Shown in pieces: positions 37,207 through 47,956 of a stretch of DNA of 64,000 nucleotides. The first letter of the stretch is position 1; the number at the start of each line of letters is the position of its first letter. The notes beneath the pieces are model-generated. The model had not been told where the DNA came from. It saw only the letters and a program-made list of their open reading frames with translations, and searched no databases. The stretch comes from Arenicellales bacterium. GTDB taxonomy: Bacteria > Pseudomonadota > Gammaproteobacteria > Arenicellales > JAJDZL01. A program made the translations under genes and the position numbers. The stretch is taken from assembly GCA_965243305.1 (NCBI GenBank), contig CBDEUN010000003.1, positions 150,286 through 214,285 of the forward strand, in the 5' to 3' direction.

Positions 37207-38056
37207 ACTTGTCTCAAATTCTTCACCGGTAAAACGCTTTCCAGATCCACGCAAGGTGCGAGGTGACGCACCTTTGACCATCGATACCGATCTATCGGTC
37301 GCAGCCCTGCTTGAGGCGTATCGTCTTGGCTTTTATCCTAAGCCGGAAAGCGCGCTGGATCAGGTCACCTGGTGGTGCCCTGATCCGCGTACCGTCCTCT
37401 TCCTGAATGACTTTAAGCCGTCTAGAAGCCTACGCAAAAGTGTTAAAAACCGAAATTACTCCGTTACTCTAAACCAGGCTTTTGGAAGGGTCATTCAACA
37501 TTGCGCGGAGCGGTTGCCTCCCAGGAAGTTCAGTTTTGCAGTGCCAGATAACCTCATGGAACAGCGCAAACTGGATTGGTTGCTGGACTACCATAAAGCT
37601 GGACATCTTAAAGTCGATTTTCAGGAAGGTGTGATGACCTTGGAGTGCGAATCTCGTGAGCAGAGTTACGAAATATTTGGACCTTTACCAACCTGGATCA
37701 GCCAAGAAATTATTGATGCCTATCAGGATCTACACAGACATGGACATGCACATTCGGTAGAAACGTGGCATAACGGCGATCTAGTTGGAGGCCTCTATGG
37801 TGTCAGTCTAGGTCGTATCTTTTTTGGCGAAAGCATGTTTTCTTTAAAGTCGGACGCATCTAAAGTTGCTCTCTATCACTTGATTCATCACCTTAGACAC
37901 TCGGGTTTTGAATTGATTGATTGCCAGGAACCGACGCCATTACTTTTTAGTTTAGGTGCGAGAGAAATTTCTCGAAACTCATATCTTGACATTCTCGAAC
38001 GATCGGTAAATTTGAGTTCATCTTCTTCCGTTTGGCTTGACTGGTCAACCCCCTAA
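37199..38056 (+). CDS. aat: Leucyl/phenylalanyl-tRNA--protein transferase with internal insertion
   Basis: FPDP, WWCPDPR, TWI, AHSVETW, LVGGLYGV, FFGESMFS...DASKVAL, IDCQ. Confidence 0.92.
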   Translation: MNKLVSNSSPVKRFPDPRKVRGDAPLTIDTDLSVAALLEAYRLGFYPKPESALDQVTWWCPDPRTVLFLNDFKPSRSLRKSVKNRNYSVTLNQAFGRVIQHCAERLPPRKFSFAVPDNLMEQRKLDWLLDYHKAGHLKVDFQEGVMTLECESREQSYEIFGPLPTWISQEIIDAYQDLHRHGHAHSVETWHNGDLVGGLYGVSLGRIFFGESMFSLKSDASKVALYHLIHHLRHSGFELIDCQEPTPLLFSLGAREISRNSYLDILERSVNLSSSSSVWLDWSTP

Positions 38057-38111
38057 ATCTTTAGTGAAACAGAATTTACAAATTGCACTAAACATCAACA
38101 GAATTACGATT

Positions 38112-39869
38112 CCCTAATCCTCAGTTAGAGACTGCCAGCGGCGGCTAAGGCGAGATTTTCGGCACTCTGGCGGTTCGAAGCGCCAGGATTTTCCAAACCA
38201 TCAAGCCACACACCGAAATCGGTGACCATTTTACCCGGCTGAACCCACTGCGAAGCGAATCTGGCGGCTCAGCAGCAAATCCGGCGCAAGCCTGTCCCTG
38301 ACAGTAGACTGACTGCCATGATCTGTAGTGTAAAGCCGTTTCAGAACGAATGAGAAGTCAGGACAGGCTGCAGCGGCGGATGGCCCAAAGCGACTGTTCC
38401 AGGACAGGAAGTTTGGCCGCACTGACTTTCAGGGTCCACTGCCGCGCATGGCGAACCACCTGTCCGGCCATCGCATACAGTCGGTGACGGAAACTGATCG
38501 CCCGCACGCCATACCACTCCTGCGGCAGTTTCATGCGCATCAGCGCAAGCAGATTGAAGGCAATCGAAGACAGAAGCAGGTACGCGACATTGGCTTTGAA
38601 CTCGCCGCACGGCAGATGCGCCGCGCTGAAGTCACTGCGAATTTCCTTGAGCCGGTTTTCCGAGCTGTCCCCTCTCTGGTTGTACCACCATACAATCTCG
38701 CCGTCACTGAAGCGGTCCAGGTCCAGATCGGTCGCAATCGCCCGGTAGATGTACCTGCCGCTGACCGCACTTTGCACATCGACCTGGTGCAGGCCTTCAT
38801 TTTTGAAAACCATCTTCAGCTGCTCAGTCCCGTCAGGCATCCCAGCGTCGGCCGGCAGCTTGTCCCGCACCCGTTTTTTCTGCACCACCAGACAGAAAGC
38901 CTCAGGCACATCTTCCATCACATGCAGCGTACGGGCCAGATACTCGCCTTCCAATACCGCACCGTCGGCATTCACAACCGCATTCCAATCCTCATCCTTA
39001 ATGTCCAGTACCGTTTTCTTCACCGCACTGTCCATCTTCGCCCGAATCGCAAAACGGATGCCGTGTGCGCGGCAATCATTGATGATGCCCGCCTGATAGG
39101 AGGCGGCATCGGCCCGGAAGCGAGTGACACCCACCCCTTCGGGCAGCGCCGCGCGGCAGCGCCGGAAAAACTCAACATTCTCAGCCCCAGGCGGCACATT
39201 GCCCTCGCGAAGCTCAGCCGCAGCCACCTGACCGGTCTCGGCAATGTGACCGAACATCGGCATGTACCCGCGATGCTTCTTATACGTCCACTTCGCGTCT
39301 TTTTTCTTCGACCGAATCGCCGATGCGTCAATGTCCAAAGTGACGCACTTTCGATCACCCAGCGTCGCTTTCATCACCGCGCGGTTGACCTGCTCGAGAA
39401 CCGAGATCATCTGTCGACTGTCGCCGACTCTGTGAAGCCATCCACCCAGCGTCGTGGCACAGGGAATCGTCCCAAAACCCAACAGCTTCATCAGCGCCGG
39501 TTCACTGCGCAGGTGGCGCACATCGTCGATGCACCCCGCACCTTCGTGGAACATCAGCATGAAGGTATTGAAAATGGCGCTGTGCCGGTAGCCTCGATTG
39601 CTGCCGGGTGTGGGCATTGACGAATCAATGAGCTGTGACAGCTCAAGGCGCTTGAGCAGTTCGGCTGGCACCACCAGACCGGCTCTGGAGGTGAAATTGT
39701 GGCAGCTTGCCGCAGTGTTGTATGGTAGAATCTTCATAAGCCTTGCGAAATCTGAGAGCCGTTTCGAATTCACCCATTGGGTGAATGCCGAATTGGGCGT
39801 TTTTTTCAATATCTCTCTGATTTTACAGGGCTTTATCATTTTCTGCAACTTTTTATTTGCGGATCAGGG
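38112..39869 (-). mobile_element. IS1380-family insertion sequence, copy 2 (complete, 1758 bp)
   Basis: Imperfect terminal IRs (CCCTAATCCTCA / CCCTGATCCGCA); 5-bp target duplication CGATT at 38107-38111 and 39870-39874. Confidence 0.93.
38358..39737 (-). CDS. IS1380-family transposase (same protein as copy 1)
   Basis: Translation identical to 87-1466 in the ORF track. Confidence 0.9.
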   Translation of the reverse strand: MKILPYNTAASCHNFTSRAGLVVPAELLKRLELSQLIDSSMPTPGSNRGYRHSAIFNTFMLMFHEGAGCIDDVRHLRSEPALMKLLGFGTIPCATTLGGWLHRVGDSRQMISVLEQVNRAVMKATLGDRKCVTLDIDASAIRSKKKDAKWTYKKHRGYMPMFGHIAETGQVAAAELREGNVPPGAENVEFFRRCRAALPEGVGVTRFRADAASYQAGIINDCRAHGIRFAIRAKMDSAVKKTVLDIKDEDWNAVVNADGAVLEGEYLARTLHVMEDVPEAFCLVVQKKRVRDKLPADAGMPDGTEQLKMVFKNEGLHQVDVQSAVSGRYIYRAIATDLDLDRFSDGEIVWWYNQRGDSSENRLKEIRSDFSAAHLPCGEFKANVAYLLLSSIAFNLLALMRMKLPQEWYGVRAISFRHRLYAMAGQVVRHARQWTLKVSAAKLPVLEQSLWAIRRCSLS

Positions 39870-39964
39870 CGATTCAAATTCCAAAGAAATTAAATTAATC
39901 CTACTATAATGAGATTGAAAACAAATACTTTTTATCTAATCGCGAAAGTTAAAGGCTTGCCAAT

Positions 39965-40426
39965 ATGTTCAAAACAAGAAATCTGATTAGTGTTCGTTTG
40001 GTGATTTTGGGCTTAATTTCTCTTTTCGCCCTATCGATTGCCGCCTGCGCTCCAAGAGCAGTAGAACCGGAAGTTGTAGAAGAACCACCACCAATGGAAG
40101 AGGAGGTTGTCGAGGTCATGGAAGAGGTCGTCGCACCTTTGGTTGTTTCAGATGACACTCATGTCGTATCAGCAGGTGAAAGTCTGTGGTCGATTTCAGG
40201 TTTGACTTCCATATACAACGACTCGTTTCGCTGGCCACTAATTTACAGTCGCAACAAAGATATTGAGGATGCCGACCTGATTCATCCGGGTCAGGAACTG
40301 GCCATTCCGCGCGACCTTGTTCGCGCTGATATCGATGCAGCTGTAGCACATGCCAAGAATCGAGGTGCTTGGGCAATTGGAGTGATTGAGGAATCTGACA
40401 TGCAGTATCGTGCAAACTCAATGTAG
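39965..40426 (+). CDS. LysM-domain lipoprotein
   Basis: Lipobox IAAC, acidic linker, HVV..GESLWSI...IY....WPLIY..N.....DLIHPGQ.L. Confidence 0.88.
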   Translation: MFKTRNLISVRLVILGLISLFALSIAACAPRAVEPEVVEEPPPMEEEVVEVMEEVVAPLVVSDDTHVVSAGESLWSISGLTSIYNDSFRWPLIYSRNKDIEDADLIHPGQELAIPRDLVRADIDAAVAHAKNRGAWAIGVIEESDMQYRANSM

Positions 40427-40527
40427 TGATTGCTGACGGCTAATTCGCGTTCAATTTGGAGTAGTTCCGAAAGGATGCGGTTAACTACTCAGAGAGTTAA
40501 TTCTCACTCAATAACCAAACTCGCTCA

Positions 40528-40567
40528 TAACTGGGCAGAAGAATCTGCGAATTCTTCTGCCCAGTTA
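40528..40567. terminator. 17-bp perfect hairpin (probable terminator or processing stem)
   Basis: TAACTGGGCAGAAGAAT-ctgcga-ATTCTTCTGCCCAGTTA. Confidence 0.6.
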
Positions 40568-40616
40568 GTTTAGCGTGTCCGGCAAATCTGGCACCCTGAC
40601 TCACAAGTAGTCTTTT

Positions 40617-42599
40617 ATGCGCCACCTGTACTCAGCGCCTCGTCGATGGTGCGTAATTGCACTCATGAGTGTATTGTGGTTTGTCGCAATCCCCACTCAT
40701 GCCAACACATACCTCAATGAGCAACGCTCAACTTATCTTGATGCTAATTCGTTGCTGAACCAAAAAAGAGTATCAGCCTGGCTGAAATTGAAGCCCGAGC
40801 TGAAAGACTACCCGCTCTACCACTACCTCATCATTAAAGAAGTCCGAGCAACTCACTCGGATTACTCAAACAGACAAATTGACCGAATAATTTCGAGGGT
40901 CGATGTTCCGCTGCCAAGCAGATTTAAAAATTGGTGGCTGGATCGATTGATTGTGCGAAACGACTGGGAGTTGATCATTAAGCACTTCTCAGATTCAGAT
41001 ACGACAGAAACAAAATGTACTGTAGCTAGGGCCGTATTGAATACCGGGTCGCGCGAAGAGATCATGCGCCACATTGAGCCCCTTTGGCTGGTTTCTCGAT
41101 CTCAACCCAAACAATGTGACCCGTTGTTTGACTACGCACTCAAACACGGATTGATTGATGACGATCTGATTTGGCAGCGAATACTTCTGACCTCACAAAA
41201 AAATCAGTCAAATATGACGAAGTATCTCCGTGGTTTATTACGCTCCGATGAGGTAAAGAATTGGGTCAAGCGTTTAAATCAGACTCATAGAAATCCGCGA
41301 ACAATGCTCAGAAAAAATATCGACCAATGGAGTCTGTCTCACTACGGACGACAGGTCATCACTTTCGGCATGGTAAAAATAACCAGGAAGGACTCTGATG
41401 CTGGTTATGCATTCTGGCAGGAACTGAAGTCCAGAGAACCTACAGCTGTCAAGAGACTTGCAGAAACCGAGAAACGGATCGCACAGATTCTGGGCTGGCG
41501 ACGTCACCTTCACGCTTACAGCATGTTGACCAAATTGCCGGAATCTTTACACAATAAGAGTACTCTGGAACTGATGGCCAGAAATGCATTGGCAAGAGAA
41601 AACTGGGAACACTTACTGAATGCTATCAACCGGATGTCAGATAGTGACGCGCAGAGTATTGAGTGGCGTTATTGGCGTGCCCGAGCACTTGACGAGACCG
41701 GACATCGTCGGGAAGCAGTGGAATTACTCACATCAGTTGCAGAAGAAAGACACTTTTATGGATTTCTTGCGGCAGACCAGTTGGGGTTGCCTTACAAACT
41801 GTCCCAAGCTAGACCGATTTCTGAGTCGAGAGATCTGGGTTCCTTACTGGGAGCCGAACCTGCTATCGCGCGCATTCGTGAATGGCTTGCGTTCAACAAA
41901 CCATACAGTGCGCGAAGCGAGCTGACTCATTTACGAAAAAAGCGCGCAGGGGAATCGGATTTCTGGGTCCAGGCTGCAATGTTGTTTCATACCTGGAATT
42001 GGCACGATGGCGCAATTCGTGCCATGTTTGCATCTGGTCGGTCTTCAGAATTTGAAGTCACGCTCTCCCATCCTTCACCGTTTATTAGAGTAGTGCGAAA
42101 AGAAGCAATCCGGCATCGAGTCCCAGAATACTGGATTTTGGGAATCATGCGACAGGAGAGCTTGTTTATTCACGATATTCGTTCAGGCGCCGGTGCTGTG
42201 GGCTTACTGCAGTTGATGCCGAAAACCGCTCATAACGTTGCAATAAAGAATCGCCTTAAGAAACCGTCAAGAAACGACCTGTTGAGAGTGGCACTCAATA
42301 TTCATTTGGGTACTTCATACTTTCGATCATTGCTTGATCAGACGGAAGGCAACGCAGTCCATTCGCTTGTGGGATACAACGCCGGACCAAGGCGAATTAA
42401 ACAATGGAAGGAAATGATTCCTGCCAAGGATCCGGCTGCATGGGTCGAGTCGATCCCATTTACAGAAACTCGCAACTACGTTAAAAAAATTCTCGTCAAC
42501 TTCATCATTTACGAGAAAATTTTCACCACCCAGCACGCCCGTATTAGAGAATACCTTCCGGTCCCGAATTGGCAGCATGCTTTGAAAGCAAATGATTGA
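40617..42599 (+). CDS. slt: Soluble lytic murein transglycosylase (Slt70-like)
   Basis: L.DYPLY.YL N-terminus, FYGFLAA, RQES, GA.GLLQLMP.TA, YNAGP, IPFTETRNYV. Confidence 0.93.
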   Translation: MRHLYSAPRRWCVIALMSVLWFVAIPTHANTYLNEQRSTYLDANSLLNQKRVSAWLKLKPELKDYPLYHYLIIKEVRATHSDYSNRQIDRIISRVDVPLPSRFKNWWLDRLIVRNDWELIIKHFSDSDTTETKCTVARAVLNTGSREEIMRHIEPLWLVSRSQPKQCDPLFDYALKHGLIDDDLIWQRILLTSQKNQSNMTKYLRGLLRSDEVKNWVKRLNQTHRNPRTMLRKNIDQWSLSHYGRQVITFGMVKITRKDSDAGYAFWQELKSREPTAVKRLAETEKRIAQILGWRRHLHAYSMLTKLPESLHNKSTLELMARNALARENWEHLLNAINRMSDSDAQSIEWRYWRARALDETGHRREAVELLTSVAEERHFYGFLAADQLGLPYKLSQARPISESRDLGSLLGAEPAIARIREWLAFNKPYSARSELTHLRKKRAGESDFWVQAAMLFHTWNWHDGAIRAMFASGRSSEFEVTLSHPSPFIRVVRKEAIRHRVPEYWILGIMRQESLFIHDIRSGAGAVGLLQLMPKTAHNVAIKNRLKKPSRNDLLRVALNIHLGTSYFRSLLDQTEGNAVHSLVGYNAGPRRIKQWKEMIPAKDPAAWVESIPFTETRNYVKKILVNFIIYEKIFTTQHARIREYLPVPNWQHALKAND

Positions 42600-42879
42600 A
42601 GCGCGTAAATATACCGTTTCAGGTCTGGTTCAAGGCGTCTGGTATCGTCGACATGCGGCTGAAGCCGCTACCGAAATTGGAATTCAAGGCTGGGTGCGAA
42701 ACATACCGGAAGGCAAAGTAGAACTTCTTGCCAAAGGTGACCATGAACAATTTGATCAATTACAGCTAGCTCTGTGGAAAGGATCACCGATGTCGAACGT
42801 CACTGATGTTGTATTTGAGCCTGCGGAGGATTTTACTGCTGAGGGATTTACAATCAACTGGGTAGAACCGCCCAATTGA
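42592..42879 (+). CDS. acyP: Acylphosphatase
   Basis: VSG.VQGVWYR, GWVRN..EGKVE. Confidence 0.92.
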   Translation: MIEARKYTVSGLVQGVWYRRHAAEAATEIGIQGWVRNIPEGKVELLAKGDHEQFDQLQLALWKGSPMSNVTDVVFEPAEDFTAEGFTINWVEPPN

Positions 42880-42885
42880 TAACCC

Positions 42886-44592
42886 TTATTGACTGATTCG
42901 CTGCAGCAGCACTTCAGTCAGACCGTCGAGTGAAAGGTGTTCTACAGCCTCTTTGCCGCGCCTCTTGTATTCAATTTGTTCGTTGGCAATACCGCGATCA
43001 GACACGACAAGCCGATGCGGGATACCAAGCAGATCCATATCGGCAAACTTAACACCCGGACGATCATCGCGATCATCCAGCATCACTTCAACACCTGCTT
43101 GCGTCAGTGCGTCGTGAACTTCCAGTGAAACCCTGGTGACATCCGCCGATTGCTGAAAGTTGATTGGCACAATACACACCAGGAAAGGTGCAATCGGTTC
43201 CGGCCAAATGATGCCAGATTCATCATTGTTCTGCTCGATGGCAGCAGCAACGATGCGAGATACCCCTATGCCATAGCAACCCATCCACATCATAGCATTC
43301 TCACCACTGGAATCGAGGCAGGTTGCATCAAACGATTCGCTGTACTTGGTACCGAGTTGAAATACATGTCCGACTTCAATGCCGCGTTTGACAGTTATGG
43401 ACTTGGTCGGATCAGTTGGGCACGGATCGCCATTTACAGCTTTACGCAAATCGACAAACTGTGGTTCTGGCAAATCACGGCCCCAGTTTACGCCGGTATA
43501 GTGATGTTCGAGCTGATTTGCTCCACATACAAAATCTGACATTTCGCGAGTAGCGTAATCTGCATACACCGGAATTTCTAGTCCGATCGGTCCGACAGAA
43601 CCGGCTTGAACTCCGGTTGTTTTTTCTATTACATCCGCGCCAGCCATCTGTAATGGACTTTCGATTTCTGGAACTTTCACAGCCTTAAGCTGGTTCAATT
43701 CATGATCACCGCGGAGCAATATTGCGACAGGTCCTTTCTCTCCTTGTACCAAAAGTGTTTTCAGGGTTTGAGATGACGGAACTGACAGATATTTACACAG
43801 ATCTTCAATTGTCCGAACTGCCGGGGTTTCGACTAAGACTAATGATTCATTCGCCGGCTTTGGCGGCCCAGAAATTGGCAAATCAATCATTTCAACATTG
43901 GCTGCGTAATTAGCATCAGTATTGATACCGATGCCATCCTCACCAGAATCGGCCAACACATGAAATTCAGTGGATACACTACCACCAATGGCACCTGAAT
44001 CAGCCGCAACTGCAACAAAATCCAGCCCCAAACGTTCAAACACCTTGCAGTAAGCGTCGTACATGACCTGGTAAGCCTGTTCCATCCCCGCTTTGTTGAC
44101 ATCGAAAGAATAGGCATCTTTCATGAGAAATTCGCGGCAACGCATCACTCCAAATCTAGGTCGAACTTCATCGCGAAACTTCCACTGAATCTGGTAAAAA
44201 TTAGCCGGCAATTGACGGTAACTGCGAACTTCATTTTTGATCAGCGTCGTGATCACTTCCTCATGAGTCGGACCTAAACAGAAATCACGTTTATGGCGAT
44301 CTTGAAATCGAAGCAATTCCGGTCCAAAAAAATCCCAACGATCAGACTCTCGCCAAATTTCTGCCGGCTGAACAGACGGCATAAGCACTTCTTGAGCACC
44401 AGCCCGATTCATCTCTTCTCGAACAATGTTCTCCACTTTTCTTAGCACTCGCAAACCGGTCGGAAGCCAGCTGTATATGCCAGATGCGAGTTGCCGAATC
44501 ATTCCTGCTCTCAGCATTAGCCGATGGCTGATGATTTCCACATCCGCCGGCACCTGCCTCACCGTCGCTAGCAAATTTTCCGTTGACTTCAA
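42886..44592 (-). CDS. proS: Prolyl-tRNA synthetase
   Basis: SHRLMLRAGMI, LGPTHEE, KFRDE.RPRFG, MGCYGIGVSR. Confidence 0.97.
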   Translation of the reverse strand: MKSTENLLATVRQVPADVEIISHRLMLRAGMIRQLASGIYSWLPTGLRVLRKVENIVREEMNRAGAQEVLMPSVQPAEIWRESDRWDFFGPELLRFQDRHKRDFCLGPTHEEVITTLIKNEVRSYRQLPANFYQIQWKFRDEVRPRFGVMRCREFLMKDAYSFDVNKAGMEQAYQVMYDAYCKVFERLGLDFVAVAADSGAIGGSVSTEFHVLADSGEDGIGINTDANYAANVEMIDLPISGPPKPANESLVLVETPAVRTIEDLCKYLSVPSSQTLKTLLVQGEKGPVAILLRGDHELNQLKAVKVPEIESPLQMAGADVIEKTTGVQAGSVGPIGLEIPVYADYATREMSDFVCGANQLEHHYTGVNWGRDLPEPQFVDLRKAVNGDPCPTDPTKSITVKRGIEVGHVFQLGTKYSESFDATCLDSSGENAMMWMGCYGIGVSRIVAAAIEQNNDESGIIWPEPIAPFLVCIVPINFQQSADVTRVSLEVHDALTQAGVEVMLDDRDDRPGVKFADMDLLGIPHRLVVSDRGIANEQIEYKRRGKEAVEHLSLDGLTEVLLQRISQ

Positions 44593-44616
44593 AATTTTCT
44601 CCTGTTCGGTGTCCGC

Positions 44617-45105
44617 TTACCAGCGCTCTTTGTCCCATCTTTCCGGGTTAGCCCAATTCTTCGCATTCAACCACTGTGGAACCGGTTTATAAGACTCAAG
44701 ACTAAACTCGTACCACTGAGGTTCGTCGGACCCGAATTGCTTTGGACTGATCATTCGCATTCCCTGAGCTATCGCATGATTGTGGTTGTATCGTAGCAGC
44801 ATTTTCTGAGGCACCATCACCCAAAGCACCTTGGCATGCAAGTCGCGCAACATACACACCAATTGCTCTGCCAGATCGACATCCATGCGGTTCAGCAAAT
44901 CGGCAACAATAACAAAGTCATATCGCCCCAAAGGCAAAATCGATTTCTCAATACTTTCAAAGTCTGTGTGCTCAAACTCAATTTCAGGAGCACTTTCCAG
45001 GCAACTTGCTAGACCGGGTGGGACTTCCGGAGATATCAGCAACAAGGAATCTGGCTTTTTTGCGACGAGCCGGTCGATCAAAGTCTGTTCAAGTTCAACT
45101 TCCAC
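44617..45105 (-). CDS. Conserved hypothetical protein (DUF6231-like)
   Basis: C-terminal YK.VP.WLNAK.WANPE.W motif. Confidence 0.65.
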   Translation of the reverse strand: MEVELEQTLIDRLVAKKPDSLLLISPEVPPGLASCLESAPEIEFEHTDFESIEKSILPLGRYDFVIVADLLNRMDVDLAEQLVCMLRDLHAKVLWVMVPQKMLLRYNHNHAIAQGMRMISPKQFGSDEPQWYEFSLESYKPVPQWLNAKNWANPERWDKERW

Positions 45106-45171
45106 GAGTCAAAACGACCGCTTAGGAATTTAGATTATCGCTCGCAGCATATCAATCAGCACGGGAATTGA

Positions 45172-46008
45172 CTAGTCTTCTTCTCTTGTCCCGGAAATTC
45201 TTGCATAGGCGGAATGATTATGAATTGATTCGAAATTTTCCGATTCAACTGTATACGAAACAACCCGTTCATCCTGAATGAGTTCACCGGCAATATCACG
45301 AACCATATCCTCTACAAACTTCGGATTGTCATAAGCCTCTTCTGTTACATACTTTTCGTCAGGCCGTTTCAAAAGTCCATAGAGTTGCGAGCTTGCATTG
45401 GACTCTGCAATATCAATCAACTCCTCAATCCAGACAAATTCTTCTGCAAGAACGGTAATCGTCACATGAGAGCGCTGATTGTGAGCGCCATAACTAGATA
45501 TCTCCTTTGAGCACGGACATAGGCTGGTAACTGGAACAATGACTCGGGTCGTGATGTGCACCGCATCGTCCTTCAATACACCAAACAGCGTAACTTCGTA
45601 ATCGACCAAGCTCTTTACTCCCGTCACCGGTGCACTTTTCTCACGAAAATACGGAAAAGTCATCTCGATACTACTCGTCTTAGATGCCAGTTTATCGGCA
45701 ACCTGCTTGACAATATCTTTAAACGAATGTACTGAAATCACATTTTCGTGGTCATTCAGAACCTCAACGAATCTAGACATGTGAGTGCCCTTGAAGTTAT
45801 GGGGCAATCCGACATACATATTGAAAGTGGCAACGGTGTATTGATCGCCATGCGCGCGATCACGTACTTTCACCGGATGGCGGATTTCACGAATACCGAC
45901 CTGGTCAATGGCGAGCTTCCGAGTATCCTGCTTCGCCTGAATATCTGGAATTGAACTTTCAGCTGGTTCCAAGGGAACCGGAACCAATTGTGGAAACTTC
46001 ATATGCAA
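45172..46008 (-). CDS. folE2: GTP cyclohydrolase IB
   Basis: [35 protein letters not shown]. Confidence 0.95.
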   Translation of the reverse strand: MHMKFPQLVPVPLEPAESSIPDIQAKQDTRKLAIDQVGIREIRHPVKVRDRAHGDQYTVATFNMYVGLPHNFKGTHMSRFVEVLNDHENVISVHSFKDIVKQVADKLASKTSSIEMTFPYFREKSAPVTGVKSLVDYEVTLFGVLKDDAVHITTRVIVPVTSLCPCSKEISSYGAHNQRSHVTITVLAEEFVWIEELIDIAESNASSQLYGLLKRPDEKYVTEEAYDNPKFVEDMVRDIAGELIQDERVVSYTVESENFESIHNHSAYARISGTREED

Positions 46009-46013
46009 TTCTC

Positions 46014-47885
46014 CTATGCCAGATCGAGAGATTTTATCTGTTCTATGATTGAATCGGGGTCTATCCCAGATTCGACAAACACATCTTTTGGGTTACCGTG
46101 ATCAAAAATTCTGTCGGGAATTCCTAAATTGATGATTTTCGTGGGCAATTTATGTCTGGTAAGAACTTCATTCACCGCAGACCCTGCTCCTCCTGCGACG
46201 ACGTGCTCTTCCACAGTTAACAGCCATTTATGCGACTTCGCCATTTTCAATACTGTATCTTCATCGATAGGTTTGACGAATCGCATATTGACCACAGTAA
46301 CATCAACCTGCTCAGCTACGGCTTTAGCAGTGGCCAGCATACTACCGAACGCCAGAATTGCAACACCTTTTTTCTTGGAGTCGCTCCGTTCACGAATAAT
46401 TTCGGCGACTCCGATCGGAATCTCCTGCATTTCTTCCTGTTGTTCTGCTCCGATTCCTGCGCCGCGTGGATAGCGTACCGATGCTGGACCCTCGTGCATA
46501 TAGGCTGTAAACAGCATATCTCGCGTTTCTGCCTCATCCGAAGGAGCCATCACAACCATGTTAGGAATGCACCGAAGGTAGGCATAATCATAGTGTCCTG
46601 CATGAGTAGCCCCATCACCTCCGATGTAACCGGCCCGGTCAAGGGCAAAAGTGACATCAAGGTTTTGAATACAGACATCATGAATCAGTTGATCATAGGC
46701 ACGCTGCAAAAAGGTCGAGTAAATGGCAACCACGGGCTTTGCTTTTTCGCAAGCAAGCCCCGCAGCGAAAGTCACTGAATGCTGTTCTGCGATTCCAACA
46801 TCAAAGTAACGTTCGGGAAACCTGGTTTGAAATTCAACCAGTCCTGAGCCTTCGCGCATGGCCGGTGTAATGCCAAACAATCGGTGGTCTTTTTCCGCCA
46901 TATCACAGAGCCATTTACCAAACACCTGGGTGTACGAAACAGCGCTGGCGGTTTTTTTCTGCATTTCTCCGGTCGCAGGTTCAAACGGCGATACACCATG
47001 ATAACGAAGCGGGTCGGATTCTGCAGGTTCGTACCCCTTACCTTTTCTAGTGATAATGTGCAAGAATCTGGGGCCCGAAATTCGTGACAGATTCTTGAGC
47101 GTTTTCAGAAGCGTCGGAATATCGTGTCCATCAATTGGGCCAATGTAGTAGAACCCCAATTCCTCAAACAGAGAACTCGGCAGAATTAGTCCTTTGGCAT
47201 GTGATTCTATCCGATTGGAAAGCTCCTGAACTCCTCGCGGCATCACGCCGAGAACTGATTTTCCACCTTCCCGGATTGACATGTACGTTCTGCCCGACAT
47301 GAGTCGGGCCAGGTAATTGGAAACAGCACCCACATTGGGTGAAATTGACATTTCGTTATCGTTCAGAATGACTAGCAGGTCCGATGACGAAGCGCCTGCA
47401 TTGTTGAGAGCTTCGTAGGCGAGGCCGGCAGTCATTGCACCATCGCCTATTACTGCAACTACATGTCGCTTTTCTCCCTGTGCTGCCAGGGCTACCGACA
47501 TGCCAAGAGCAGCAGAAATTGAGGTGCTTGAATGACCGGCACCAAAAGTGTCATATTCACTCTCATCCCGTTTCAAAAACCCGCTCAGTCCGCCAGGCTT
47601 TCGAATGGTGTGCATCATCTCCTTGCGGCCCGTAAGAATCTTGTGAGGATAGGCCTGGTGTCCTATATCCCAGACTAATCTGTCTCTTGGTGTATCGTAC
47701 AGATAATGCAGTACTACGGTTAATTCAACCGTGCCGAGTCCTGCAGCCAAGTGGCCTCCTGTTTTTGAAGTTACCTCGACCAGGAAGTCGCGCACTTCTG
47801 ACGCGAGTTGCGGTAGCTGACTCTCAGATAAATTTCTGATGTCTGAAGGAAAATCGATTTGACTTAAGAGTTCGTAGTTGTCCAC
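46014..47885 (-). CDS. dxs: 1-deoxy-D-xylulose-5-phosphate synthase
   Basis: [40 protein letters not shown]. Confidence 0.97.
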   Translation of the reverse strand: MDNYELLSQIDFPSDIRNLSESQLPQLASEVRDFLVEVTSKTGGHLAAGLGTVELTVVLHYLYDTPRDRLVWDIGHQAYPHKILTGRKEMMHTIRKPGGLSGFLKRDESEYDTFGAGHSSTSISAALGMSVALAAQGEKRHVVAVIGDGAMTAGLAYEALNNAGASSSDLLVILNDNEMSISPNVGAVSNYLARLMSGRTYMSIREGGKSVLGVMPRGVQELSNRIESHAKGLILPSSLFEELGFYYIGPIDGHDIPTLLKTLKNLSRISGPRFLHIITRKGKGYEPAESDPLRYHGVSPFEPATGEMQKKTASAVSYTQVFGKWLCDMAEKDHRLFGITPAMREGSGLVEFQTRFPERYFDVGIAEQHSVTFAAGLACEKAKPVVAIYSTFLQRAYDQLIHDVCIQNLDVTFALDRAGYIGGDGATHAGHYDYAYLRCIPNMVVMAPSDEAETRDMLFTAYMHEGPASVRYPRGAGIGAEQQEEMQEIPIGVAEIIRERSDSKKKGVAILAFGSMLATAKAVAEQVDVTVVNMRFVKPIDEDTVLKMAKSHKWLLTVEEHVVAGGAGSAVNEVLTRHKLPTKIINLGIPDRIFDHGNPKDVFVESGIDPDSIIEQIKSLDLA

Positions 47886-47956
47886 ACCAATTACTTCCGT
47901 ATATGCTTTGGCCTTAGTTGCAGTAAATCACGAGTTAGCAAGACAAAGTATTCCAT

